DNA from: Eledone cirrhosa
Lineage: Eukaryota
DNA: 64,000 nt
Direction of reading: 5' to 3'
Assembly: GCA_964016885.1 (NCBI GenBank)
Contig: OZ024743.1
Coordinates: 254,696,001 to 254,760,000 of the forward strand
Shown: one piece after another, positions 9,830-21,945 of the stretch
Layout: every line of letters begins with the position of its first letter
Numbering within the stretch: the stretch's first letter is position 1
Program-made: the position numbers and the translations under genes
The notes under the pieces: generated by a model
The model's input: only the letters and a program-made list of their open reading frames with translations
What the model was told of the DNA's origin: nothing
Databases searched by the model: none

Positions 9830-10955
9830 ATATTTGTGACAACTACTGTGGGATATTTTTACTTTAAGTTGTTGATAAAATATTTGCAGGATTATTCTTT
9901 GTCAGCTAATGTACATTACACCTAATATTCTGCCAGAATCTGTGTTGTTTCTTTCCATATTGGGCACTGCAGATATGAACTTCACTCCATGAGAGTTGTA
10001 AGGAGCAACAGTGTTATTTGTACAATTTCTTTATTGATCTCATGAAGGCCTTTGACACTGTCAAACCCCAGAAAAATACTGAAGATTGTAGATGTTCATC
10101 TAGCTATGTTGTTATATCTCCAGAACCAACACCCTTGATGAAGAGGTCAGCTCCCAACTGTCTAAAGTTTCCGATGCATTTGGTAAGTTGGTGAAGTGCC
10201 TGTGGCCACAATCAGATATCAGTGTGTGCATGAAAGTTGAAGTGTATCAAGTATGTGAGCCTGCAGCCCTGCCATTTAGATGTGAGATAGACAACAAACT
10301 GTGGGTATATCCAGTGACTTGAACACACAATGCTCTCCCAACAATGCTTGTGCTCCATTCTCAAGATCTCATGGAGGTCTCATACACCTGACACTAATGT
10401 CCTGCAATGGGCCTGTCTACCAAACATCAAGACCATGATCATGGAACAGCATATCTGATGGTGAGGTTACATAGTATGCCAAGAGGACAGCTGACTCCCA
10501 AAACAACTATTCCTGTAGTGCAAGCTGCACAAATGCTTTAAAGACTACCTGAAAAATACCCTGAAAAAGGTCATACACTAAAACAAAGGAAAATCTTACA
10601 ACAGACAGAGCCCAGTGGTAAAATCTGATTGCTTCTGCTGCTAAGGAATTTCGAAAGAAGCAGAAAACCTATGCTGAAGCAGCTAAATATATGGGGAATG
10701 TTAGTCAGCTTCTAGAATTGGATGGGAGCTGACATATATGTATGTCAAATACTGGGCTACTAAGTCATAGCAGACATTATTCCATGTGGAATCTGTACCA
10801 AAGTGTGTCATTATGCATGTGAGCTAACAGGACACCACAAAGCATGCCACACCAATAAAACTCAAGCAGGTGGGAAACTTACCTGCAGACTGTGTGGTAT
10901 GACATGTAAGTCACTTTTTGGTTTGATGAGTAATCTTAGGCGGCATCAGTGACAT
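9830..10955 (+). pseudogene. Old, heavily deleted RTE/BovB-like LINE with C-terminal C2H2-like finger
   Basis: FFIDLMKAFDTV (~10027-10062), LDEEVSSQLSKVSDAFGKL...VYQ, terminal LTCRLCGMTCKSLFGLMSNLRRHQ*. Confidence 0.65.
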
Positions 10956-11062
10956 TAATTAACATCAATCATTTTTTTGCCAATGTCTACTTTTTTCTGC
11001 CTTTAAGTAGTGGTTGTATTTGGACATGAGTTGGCTTCCACTATATGTGTGCGTATATATAT

Positions 11063-12626
11063 ATGCTAAAAGTAAGCCACTCTACTTGGCATTTGTCGAC
11101 CTTGAGAAAGCCTTTGACAGAGTTCCACGTGCTGTAATCTGGTGGGCTCTTAGAAAACTAGGAGTAGATGAATGGCTTGTGAAAGCAGTACAAGCCATGT
11201 ATAGGGGAGCAGTCAGCAAATTTAGGATTAGCAATGAGTATAGCGAGGAATTTAGCGTACAGGTTGGGGTCCACCAGGGCTCTGTTCTTAGCCCTCTCCT
11301 GTTCATCATAGTCCTGCAGGCAATAACGGAGGAGTTTAAGACCGGATGCCTATGGGAACTCCTGTATGCTGATGACCTCGCACTCATAGCTGAATCTATG
11401 GTAGAACTAGAGAATAAATTCCAAACTTGGAAGCAGGGACTAGAAAGAAAGGGTCTCAAAGTCAACATGACAAAGACTAAGGTCCTTGTAAGTAGACGAG
11501 AAAACAGAACCCAGATCCCCTCAGGGAAATGGCCTTGCTCAGTATGTAGGAAAGGTGTAGGTAGGAACTCCATTCTCTGCCCCAAATGCAAACAATGGGT
11601 ACACAAGAGATGTAGCGGGATCTCAGGAAGCTTAATTAAAAATGTAGGCTTCACATGCAGCAGCTGTGCTGAGACAGCAAGCAGCAAACAGCCACAGGAA
11701 ACAAGTACCACCAATCTCTGGGAGGGCTCTGTAGAAACAGTAGACAGCTTCTGCTACCTAGGTGACCGAATTAGCAGCGGAGGTGGGTGTTCAGAAAGTA
11801 CAATAACTAGGGTAAGAATGGGATGGAAGAAGTTTAGGGAACTACTACCACTGCTAGCTGCAAAAGGCTTTTTCCTCAGAATGAAAGGCAGACTGTATGA
11901 TGCGTGTATCCGAACAGCAATGTTGCATAGTAGTGAGACCTGGGCGCTGAAGGTGGAAGACTTACGTAGATTAGAGAGAAACGAAGCCTGCATGCTCCGA
12001 TAGATGTGTAACAGTAATATACGTGAACGACAAAGCATAAATGAATTGAGAGAGAGACTGAGCATAAGAGGAATCAAATGCTGTGTGCAGGAGGGTTGGT
12101 TGCGCTGGTATGGACATGTGATGCGTATGAAGGGTGACAGCTGCATAAAAAGGTGCAGAGCACTAGAAGTGGATGGGAACCGCGGAGTGGGGAGACCCAA
12201 GATGACCTGGGATGAGGTGATAAAAGCCGACCTTACTCAATTACACCTCTCAAAGGCAATGACACACGACCGTGACTTCTGGTGTCACGCAGTAATACAG
12301 AGTACCCGACCTCCCATGGGTACAAACTGAAGCATATAGACAATATGCCCCCACACCCCCCACCGCAAGGTGGTCGTGGAGGTGCCACGGCAAAAAAGCA
12401 CCCAGCCCACACTGTAAAGTGGACGTGTAGGCGCCACGAAAAAGCACCCAGCACTCACTGTAAATGAGGTTGGTGTTAGGAAGGGCATCCAGCTTTAGAA
12501 ATCAAGCCAGATCAGTTCCTGTATGAGCAAGGCATGGTCAGCCGACCAGACACTGCCCACAACAGGACAACCCGTCTAACCCATGCTAGCGTGGAAGAAC
12601 GGACCTAAAACGGTGATGATGATGAT
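11063..12626 (+). mobile_element. 5'-truncated RTE LINE (second subfamily) inserted in (TA)n
   Basis: RT motifs FVDLEKAFDRV, GVHQGSVLSPLLF, YADD, FCYLG; 3' UTR to a (gat)n tail; TA tracts on both sides. Confidence 0.9.
11065..12330 (+). pseudogene. Reverse transcriptase (RTE) with internal C4HC3 finger (11536-11667); one premature stop
   Basis: Single frame broken only by TAG at 12001-12003, where the copy at 2256-3104 has TGG (MLRW). Confidence 0.9.
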
Positions 12627-12824
12627 ATATATATGTATATATATATATATATATGTATGATATAGTTGCAGCTTCTGTTTGCTTGGAATCCAGAGTATTT
12701 CTTCACCCAATGATCATCATGCATACAATTCAGATGTGTGTTTTAGATTTAAAGTTTTAATTAAGGGATATAACCTTTTGTCTGTGTTTTAGTGGTTGGG
12801 AAGCATTACATAACAGGAGATGCA

Positions 12825-12940
12825 ACGTCAGGTGATCTAATGGTTAGGAGGTCGGTCTCACAATCATAAAGTCATGGGTTTATTTCTTTGTCTTGGCAGT
12901 GTGTTGTGTTCTTCAGGAAGGTACTTCATTTCACATTGCT
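12825..12940 (+). mobile_element. Degenerate tRNA/CORE-like SINE head
   Basis: Similar to 5430-5545 (aatggttagg...gtgttgtgttcttcaggaaggtacttcatttcacattgct). Confidence 0.5.
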
Positions 12941-13974
12941 GGGGCCCATATCATTAAATGCCTAAGTAACTTATGCGATACAACATAGTAGGAGTCCAAC
13001 TAACACTACATTTAATTTTTCTTTTCATATGTATGTTCCATATTTATGGTTTTAATTGAGAAATATAATTTTTATTTTATTTTTGCCAGTGGCCTTTGTG
13101 TAGACGCCAAGGTTTGCAGACCATATGCAAAGCAGGGGGTGAGGATTGAAATTGGTTAATCCCTCATATCAGTGTGTCTTGGAAAGAATGAAATTCTGTC
13201 AGGTTGACTTGACATAAATATATATATATATATATATTGATAGATATTGATAGATATATAGATAGATATAGATAGATAGATGTTCTATATATGCTGAGGC
13301 TTGTTCGTCCCTACTCCAATGTCTTATGGACCAAATATGACAGAACTGCCACTAACTGCCCTTAAAATCAATAGAATTAATATGAACAATGACTGAATAA
13401 AGGTGACTGCCATTGATGTATTTGTAAGATAAACAAAAGTCTGTGTCAGGGTCAGAAAGGTCAAAAGATTGAACCATACGTCTTAGCAACTGCAAGAAAG
13501 TAGGATTTATTTAAAGCAATGACTTGAGATAACTTTTGATCAGTTTCTACTGAATGATTTTGACAGGGAGGCAAGAGACAGGAGGCCAAAGAGGCAGTAG
13601 TGTTGGTGCTGACGCCACCGCTACCACCAAAGAATGGTAAATATATAAACAAAGCAGATGTCAAACTTGCACAGTTGTTCTGGAATGTTCAGATTGCCAA
13701 AGATGATTTCACCGTTGATAATTTGTTGTTGGCATTTCAATGAAGTTAAAGGTTAAACATATCTATTTCTGTAAAGACATCAATGAAAATGTTATTACTA
13801 TAATGTATATAAGATGGTGATGATAATGATGATGGCAATAATGGTGATGATGATGATGAAGTCAGCAGTAATTAATTTATAGAGTCCTACTGCAAGAAAA
13901 GCTAAACAGATAAGAATAAAGGATTCAACTCAAATGACAATATTTTATATATCAACATCAACTTGATCATAAGC

Positions 13975-14190
13975 ATAATCATCATTTTTCTATCCACTAG
14001 TCATGCTAATATGGGTTGAATATGTCACAGTCAGTCAGCTTTGATTCATAGTTACTACCTTCTGAGACAAGTCAGAGGACCACCTCTCACTTTCGCTCAT
14101 ACATTATATTTTAAGCATGGTTTCTATCGCTGCATGCCCTTCCTAACATCGGACACTTAACAGTGTATTCGGTGCATTTTATCATAATTC
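13975..14190 (-). mobile_element. Decayed RTE-type 3' tail
   Basis: tttctatcgctgcatgcccttcctaacatc...acagtg matches the conserved tail module. Confidence 0.5.
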
Positions 14191-14444
14191 TAGCACACTA
14201 GCAAGGTTTTATGTTCTCTGCAAAATTAAAGTAGTTCTTCAATTGCTTAGCAATTTACAAAGTGTTGGGTTGGTTGAAAATCGAAAGGAAGACACATGAA
14301 GTGATGATTTATCTATGTGACTTTGGAAATATGTACAAATAAATTTTATTATACATAAAAAGTGTACAGCACAATGGACTGTTGAGCTTTCTGGATATAT
14401 ATATGTGTGTGTGTGCTTATGTGTAAATATTTATACACACAGAC

Positions 14445-14712
14445 ACTGGCACTTTGTCGGCAACGAATGTTCAAGTTGATGGGATCTGTAGGAGAGACTG
14501 CTAGTTAAATTAACGTGCAAATGGCTTAGCATTCCACATACACATGTACCCTTAACGTAGTTCTCAAGGAGGTTTTGTGTGACACAGATTGTAACAAGGC
14601 TGACCCTTGGAATTACAGGTACAAGACATTTTTGCCTAAGGATACAACAAGCTGTCGGAAATGGAACTTATGATCATGAGCAAAATATCATAACCACTAA
14701 GCTATGTTCCTT
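14445..14712 (-). mobile_element. Decayed, internally deleted SINE
   Basis: actggcact...aaattaacgtgcaa...tacccttaacgtagttctc...taaccactaagcta resembles an abundant octopus SINE (recognised from memory); box A remnant at the right end. Confidence 0.55.
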
Positions 14713-15449
14713 CACTATACACATACACATATATACGTATAGAAAAATAAATCCCTATTATGTAATTCCAGCCAAAACTATAATAATTTTTTAATAATTT
14801 CTTTCATGATTGGATGAGTTTCTCTTCATTCTAGCATACAGAAGATGTCATCAAGTTGATACAGGATTATGAGATGATGCAAAACATATAAATACACACC
14901 CACACACACACATATATATATTATCACCCCCCCCCCCCCTCCTATATATATATATATACACACATACACAGAAGGTGCAAAGGAAAACAAGTAAAATCTC
15001 AGTTTCAAAGTTGTTGATTTGATAATTAATAATAATGTTTTACTTCAGTTTTATTTATTTATATTTTTACATTTTATTAAATTATAAATTGTTTATTAAA
15101 TTTTTCATTTATTCATTTCATGTTAAATTTTATTTCTAATTTCTCTAAATGGGTTTGAGGAATATTAATGTGAATATATATAAAAGCAATAAAAATAACA
15201 CAATAAAATGCAGTAAAATACACTAGATACAATACTCGGGCAAAGGAAAGGAGACATCATGAAAGAATTGGTATAACAATATTAGAAATTTTAAAAATTA
15301 ATGATAACACCTGGACAATAACAACAGTCAACTAGGACCAATTCTAAGGAGAAGCCACACAAAACCCTGGGTCACTCTGTTGCCTCATGAGAATTGAAGG
15401 TATCCTCTCTCTGTTTCTTTCCTCCTGCTTAGGAAATTATAATTATGTT

Positions 15450-16100
15450 AAATTCATTCAGCCTCGTTAATCTAACCACTCTCACCCATCTTTCATAAAA
15501 CACACTTGATAAAATGCACCACTTCTCATGCTAACCTCACAATCCTCTTCAAGTGGATCTTGAAGAAGTTGATGAGGGCTTGGTTTTGGTGGAAGATTCT
15601 GGTACTCTGTCCTTTTGGATATTCACCATAGAGCTTACTTTGCTATAGCTACCAGGCATAAGAAGACCTGCCATGCTTCCCCTCTAAGATAAGGTGGTAG
15701 TTCAGTCCTCTTCATAGAGATGGACAATAGGTGGATCTGCTTTACACATGATAGCAATTGTTCTACACAAGTCCATAAGTCTGCAATGCATGGACACTGG
15801 GCAATAACATGCAGGATGATTTTATCTTGTTTGTGTCTCAGACAAGTTTGGCGTTTGACACTTCTGTGTCTGTATAGCTTGTCTCAAACTGGTAGTGTTC
15901 TTCTGTAGCACCGATGTCATGCATTTTTGGAAATTGTCATTATTCTCCAACCCAATCGTCCTCCAGTAGAGCCTGTTCAGACTGCCCGTGGCAATGCCCA
16001 GAACAATTGTAACTCATACCTTCTACTAACTCTATAAAATGCAAGTTGTTTTCTAGCCACCTATTACATTGTTCAGTTTGTAAAGAACCATGAGTACCTG
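15450..16100 (-). pseudogene. Decayed L1/Tx1-like ORF2 C-terminal remnant
   Basis: Minus-strand fragments QTCLRHKQDKIILHVIAQCP (CCHC-like) and VFLCLVAIAK*ALW...QALINFFKIHLKR; many disruptions. Confidence 0.4.
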
Positions 16101-16267
16101 GCAGTACTTTAGATGTCAGGTCATGAAGGATGGTCTGTTCTTGACGTAAGATTGTAGCACAGCCAAGGAGCTATGCCATAGAAAAACGTGTCACATGACA
16201 GGTGCACACAGGCTGGGATTTGATTTGTTGTCTTTGACATTGTGGTATTTGAGTAATTATGCTCCAA

Positions 16268-16845
16268 CGTCACTGGAAGATATGTAAATAGTTGGAATTT
16301 GAACATGAGAAGTGGTATGACCACAAACCATAACATGTCCTTGAAAAGAAATTATTATGTAAAAGTATTATGGGACATGAAGACTAAAATGGATAAGCAA
16401 ATAGAGCATTGATGCCTAAATATTGTTATTGTGTGTTGGCTAATCGATGATGCTTGTCCATTTGATATTAGAGTGAGAGGGAAAGAACGTGAGAAAATGG
16501 AAAAGTACCAAAACCTAAAATATGAACTGCAAAGAATATAGAACACCCACAAAGTTGCTATCATCCAAATTATAAAAGAATCCTCAGGTAGAATGGCTAG
16601 ATGTTTGAATGTTTGGTTAAAGATACATAAATATAGGTGAATATCCTGATTCTACAGAAGGATTGTTTGCTTAGCACAGTAAGAACCATGCAAAACCTGC
16701 TAGATTTCTAAGACTACAGGAGACAGCTTAATATCCATCAATTCAAATACTAGCAAATGTACAACAATATGCTGAATACAAAGAAAATATTTGTAATAAT
16801 GACAATAATAATAACGGTGATATTGATAATGACAATAATAATGAT
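16268..16845 (+). pseudogene. Decayed R4/Dong-like LINE 3' end (restriction-like endonuclease) with (AAT)n-rich tail
   Basis: VHWKICK..KWYDHKP..KVLWD...CWLIDDACPFD..KEREKMEKYQNLKYELQRI...LQKDCLLSTVR; tail of degenerate (aat)n. Confidence 0.7.
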
Positions 16846-16961
16846 TTTATTTTTTGCTGCAAGGGTACTGGATCAATAGGACATTACAAGAATAGTTTGC
16901 ATAGAATGTGGAGGTTTATATTAAAATCAGATGATTAGGAAAAATGTATCAATATATATAC

Positions 16962-16994
<33 letters not shown>

Positions 16995-17029
16995 CATATA
17001 TAAAATAATAGTGATGATGATGATAACAA

Positions 17030-17680
17030 TTATCTATACATTTGGCACAAGGCCAGCAATTTAATGGGAGTGGGGAAAGTAGATTAAATGGACCTCATAC
17101 ATTACGGATTCTTTATCTTATCGACCATGTTAGGATGAAAAGCAAAGCTAGCCTTGGCAAGATTTGAACTCTAAACATAAAGGGCCGTAACTATATACTG
17201 CAATGCTCTACTAATACTGCCAACCTACCGCTCTGATGATAATAATAATAATTGTTTCTACTTTTGGCACAAGGCCAGCAATTACCCAGTGTATTACAGG
17301 TACTTTATTTTATCGACCCCCGTAAGGATGAAAGGCAAAGTTAATCTTGGTGGGATTTGAACTCAGATCATAAAGGGACGTAACTCTATGCGTCAAAGCA
17401 TGGCGTCTGACCCTCTACCAATACTGCCAATCCATCGCCCTTTGATGATAATAATAATAATGGTTTCTGATTTGGACACAAGGTCGGCAATTTAAACGAG
17501 AGGGAATGTCAATTAAACCGAACCAAGTGCATTACTGGTGCTTTATTTTATCAACACCATAAGGATATTAAAGTTAAAGCTAACCACAGCATTATTTGAA
17601 CTCAGAATTTAAAGGTGCAAAGCATGGTGCAAAGCATGGTGTCTGATGCTCTACTAATACTGCCACTCCACAGCACTTGA
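17030..17680 (-). mobile_element. Three tandem diverged Nin-domain-like SINEs (~17030-17234, 17253-17442, 17461-17678) in (AAT/GAT)n
   Basis: Each has ttggcacaaggcc...ttatcgacc..aaggatgaaaggcaaag...gatttgaactc (box B on the minus strand); separated by (aat)n. Confidence 0.8.
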
Positions 17681-17701
17681 ATGATAATGATGATGATGAT
17701 G

Positions 17702-17735
<34 letters not shown>

Positions 17736-18039
17736 GTAGACATATAAAAGGAATAAATTTTAGTGATTATAAATTTTTGGTGTCTTCTTTTGTTATTTTT
17801 TGTGAGGGGTGGGGTGTAGGTTAGTGGGTGTTAGAATGAATCAATGAGTTTAAGAGAAAGATAAATTGCAATTTAGTTACATGCATCTGAATAATGTGGA
17901 AATTTGAGAATGGAATGTAAACATTAAAAATAATTGGTTTTCAGAGAGCTGGAACAATCATGTTTACTGGGGAAACATGTTGTCATTTGTCAGATAGATA
18001 TGTTGTGTGTGTGTGTGTGTGTGAATGTAAAGGTGTTTT

Positions 18040-18260
18040 GTGTATCATCACTATTATTGTAATTTTTGTTTGATTTTTATGCTAGCTTGGGTTGCATGAG
18101 TGGTCATAGCAGATGGTTCAGAGCAGCTCAAGTTTGCACATTTTCCATATTTTGTATGGTTTCTACAGCTTCAATGCCCTTCCTAATACCAACCACTTTA
18201 CAGAGTTCACTAGCGTGGTATCAGCACTAACAATTAACAGGGTGTATTGGGTACATTTTA
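18040..18260 (-). mobile_element. Decayed RTE-type 3' tail
   Basis: tttctacagcttcaatgcccttcctaataccaaccactttacag matches the tail module. Confidence 0.55.
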
Positions 18261-18289
18261 AGGAAAAATGAACCTCGTCCTAGATGCTC

Positions 18290-18900
18290 ATTACCTGTCT
18301 AAGGTAATTTACCATCCTTCATTCATCTACCCCCATTTATTTCTGGGAGATTCGTGGTGCAGAGTCCTCAAACACTCCTTCCAGTAGATCCTGTCAGGAA
18401 CAACTGTCTTATTGATCCAGCTGGATCCTAATGTATCTTGCTTGGGGCCTACCCCAGGGTGTCCTGCTGCTTAGTTTAGTCTGTAAAATCTGTCCAACAA
18501 TTCTTCCCTGAGACTCTCTAACCATATACCTATAAGTATTGGAGTTCTGATCTTTCTGTTTGAAGAAATAGCGAGTGACTGTCTGATCTCCGAGCTATGC
18601 ACTCTATCGAGTAATGTTACTCCAAAAGCTTTTCAAAGGAACCAAATTTCGGCTTCTTGTATTTCTGTTCATATTCTTTCAGTCATTACCCAATATGCTT
18701 CTGATGACCAAATGCTGAAGCTGGTGCATTACTGCAACAACTCCTGCAAATCTTGAACATAATTCAATCTCCTGCATTCTGTCACTTGTGAACATGGCGC
18801 CAAAATATTTGAACTTCTCCACCTGCTTTAGTAGAATTCCATTCACATGTATAGTGGTGCACTGTGCAGGCTTCCTTAAGAAGCTGACCATTGCTCCTAT
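18290..18900 (-). pseudogene. Decayed RTE LINE RT C-terminal remnant
   Basis: IHVNGILLKQVEKFKYFGAMFTSD...EIELCSRF, with further C-terminal remnants toward 18300. Confidence 0.65.
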
Positions 18901-19408
18901 AATCCTGCAGTATCTTCTACAGCAGGTCCTGTGGGATTTGGTAGGGAGTCTTTTCAAGGTCTACAAAACAAGAATATATGTCTGGGCACCGAGTATATCT
19001 ACCCTGTAGCATCTAACCTCCTCTATTAGTTCCTCTCCTTACTTGTAAGGGTTGTGATGTTTCAGTTTCCAATGGTTACCATTTCTCTCTTTCGAAACTT
19101 CTTTGGAGACTTGGGATATGCAAACTTGCATGTCCATTACATGCATCCCAGGACAGGTTGCAGAATGGTTGCCAGTTTTTACAGCATGAAATGGAGGCTG
19201 CAATATATTTTCTGAGCAGGCCCACTACCTAACTCTTGAATGCATCCCTTGATAACCCACAGGAAGGACGATATGTTGTGTTTAGCCATATTGGAGTGTT
19301 CTTGATAGTCTTATTTGTGCCCATCACCAATTTGGTACTTTTGTCAGAGGCAGTACCATGACCAATTAATGTTAATTTCTCCAATTTTTTTCAACTATTA
19401 TCTATAAT

Positions 19409-19594
19409 TGTTTCTACATTTGGCACAAGGCCAGCAATTACCCAATGTATGACTGGTACTTTATTTTATCGACCCCGTAAGGATGAAAGGCAAAGTTAAC
19501 CTCGGCGGGATTTGAATTTAGAATGACAAGGGCCGTAACTCTATGCATCAAAGCATGGCGTCCGACCCTCTACCGATACTGCCAATCCAACGCC
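19409..19594 (-). mobile_element. Nin-domain-like SINE with 14-bp target-site duplication
   Basis: ctattatctataat at 19395-19408 and 19595-19608; body similar to 17253-17442. Confidence 0.9.
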
Positions 19595-20079
19595 CTATTA
19601 TCTATAATGATCAACTGTTATTACCATTATTTCTGCATTTTGGATTCTCACATTTTTCACATTCCAAACCCTCCTGCACTTTGTTAATTCATAAGGCTTA
19701 TTTGTATATATGTCTCCATGTAGTTCTAGAATAAATCTGGTTGTAACATAGTAAATAAAATGTTTTGTGAGACAGGCAGCCAAGCTTGAAGCACCAAACT
19801 GACCGATAAAAATTAGTGCTCTGTAGTAAGAGTCATTATCGTCCGTTTAAGCCACTGACCGGAAAAAAAGTTTATGTTGTGATTCTTTTTTATATATCAT
19901 TTTTATTTCTTTGGTTTTATTTCTTACATTTATTAATTCATTTGTGTTATTTTTCTTGTTGTTTTGTACATTTCTAACCATTATTGTATCTTGAAGACAC
20001 AGGCATAATTCTTGTCTCTTGGGAATCACAAACACAAACTATAATTTATGATCTATCAGTAATTTTTGCATAATAAAAA

Positions 20080-20935
<856 letters not shown>

Positions 20936-21361
20936 GGGTGTGTAAATACGTGTGGTGTATTTGGACAGTGTGTCTAATAAATTACTCTTGTAACTGATTT
21001 TATAATGGTTCATGCAACAGTTGACACAGAATCGTTTCAGCTATTTTTATACATTATGCTATGAAAATACACAATGAAAATACCTCGGTGGTTTCTCGGA
21101 ATACATAAATTTTATTCAGCTCCTTGACAGAAGAAATTATGTTGAGATAGGAGGGGGTGACAGCAGGGGGGAGGGGAACTTCAAGATATTAGTTCCACAT
21201 TGCTACGATGTTTTGGCTATATTTGCTATATGTCTTGTCAGGTGTGCGTAATTAGTGGAACCGGTTGTGTTTATGTTTATGTGTTTTATGTTTTAAGAAA
21301 TATCTAGCCACAGTTTGGTAGTGGAGTTAATGCCGGTGGTAAAGGGGGGGGGGGAGTAATC

Positions 21362-21945
21362 GTGGCGATGGTGTTGTTGGTGATGAGGATGATGTTGATA
21401 GTGATGATGGTGATGGTGTTTTTGTTGGTGGTGGTGGTGGTGTTGGTGATGATGATGATGTTGATAGTGATGATGGTGATGGTGTTGTTGTTGGTGGTGG
21501 TGGTGTTGGTGATGATGATGATGTTGATAGTGATGATGGTGATGGTGTTGTTGTTGTTGGTGGTGGTGTTGGTGATGATGATGATGTTGATAGTGATGAT
21601 GGTGGTGGTGGTGGTGTTGTTGGTGGATGTCATGGTGGGGATGGGGATAGTGATAGTGATGATGGTAATGATGATGATGTATGTGATAGTGCCAATGATG
21701 ATGGCAATGGTGCTGATGATGTTCATAGTGATGGTGGTGGTGGTCATGGTGATAGCGATAGTGATGATGGTGATGGTAATGATGTTGATGATGTATGTGA
21801 TAGTGATGGTGGTGGTGGTCATGGTGTTGATGATGGGAATGATCACAGTGGTGATGGTAATGGTGATGGTAATGGTGGTGGTGATGGTAATGGGGGTGGT
21901 GATGGTAATGGTGGTGCTCATAGTTGTTGTGATGGTAATGGTGGT
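21362..21945. repeat. Cryptic (GGT/GAT/GTT)n trinucleotide tract with ~60-bp sub-repeats
   Basis: Directly visible; recurring gatgttgatagtgatgatggtgatggtg at ~60-bp spacing. Confidence 0.9.

Noticed and set aside
12001-12003. Programmed stop read-through in the RT frame
   Set aside because: The paralogous copy has TGG here; a single nonsense mutation in a 5'-truncated copy is simpler.
11082-12200. Antisense ORFs over the RTE copies (also 2180-2914)
   Set aside because: Shadow frames of the RT coding strand with no recognisable domain.
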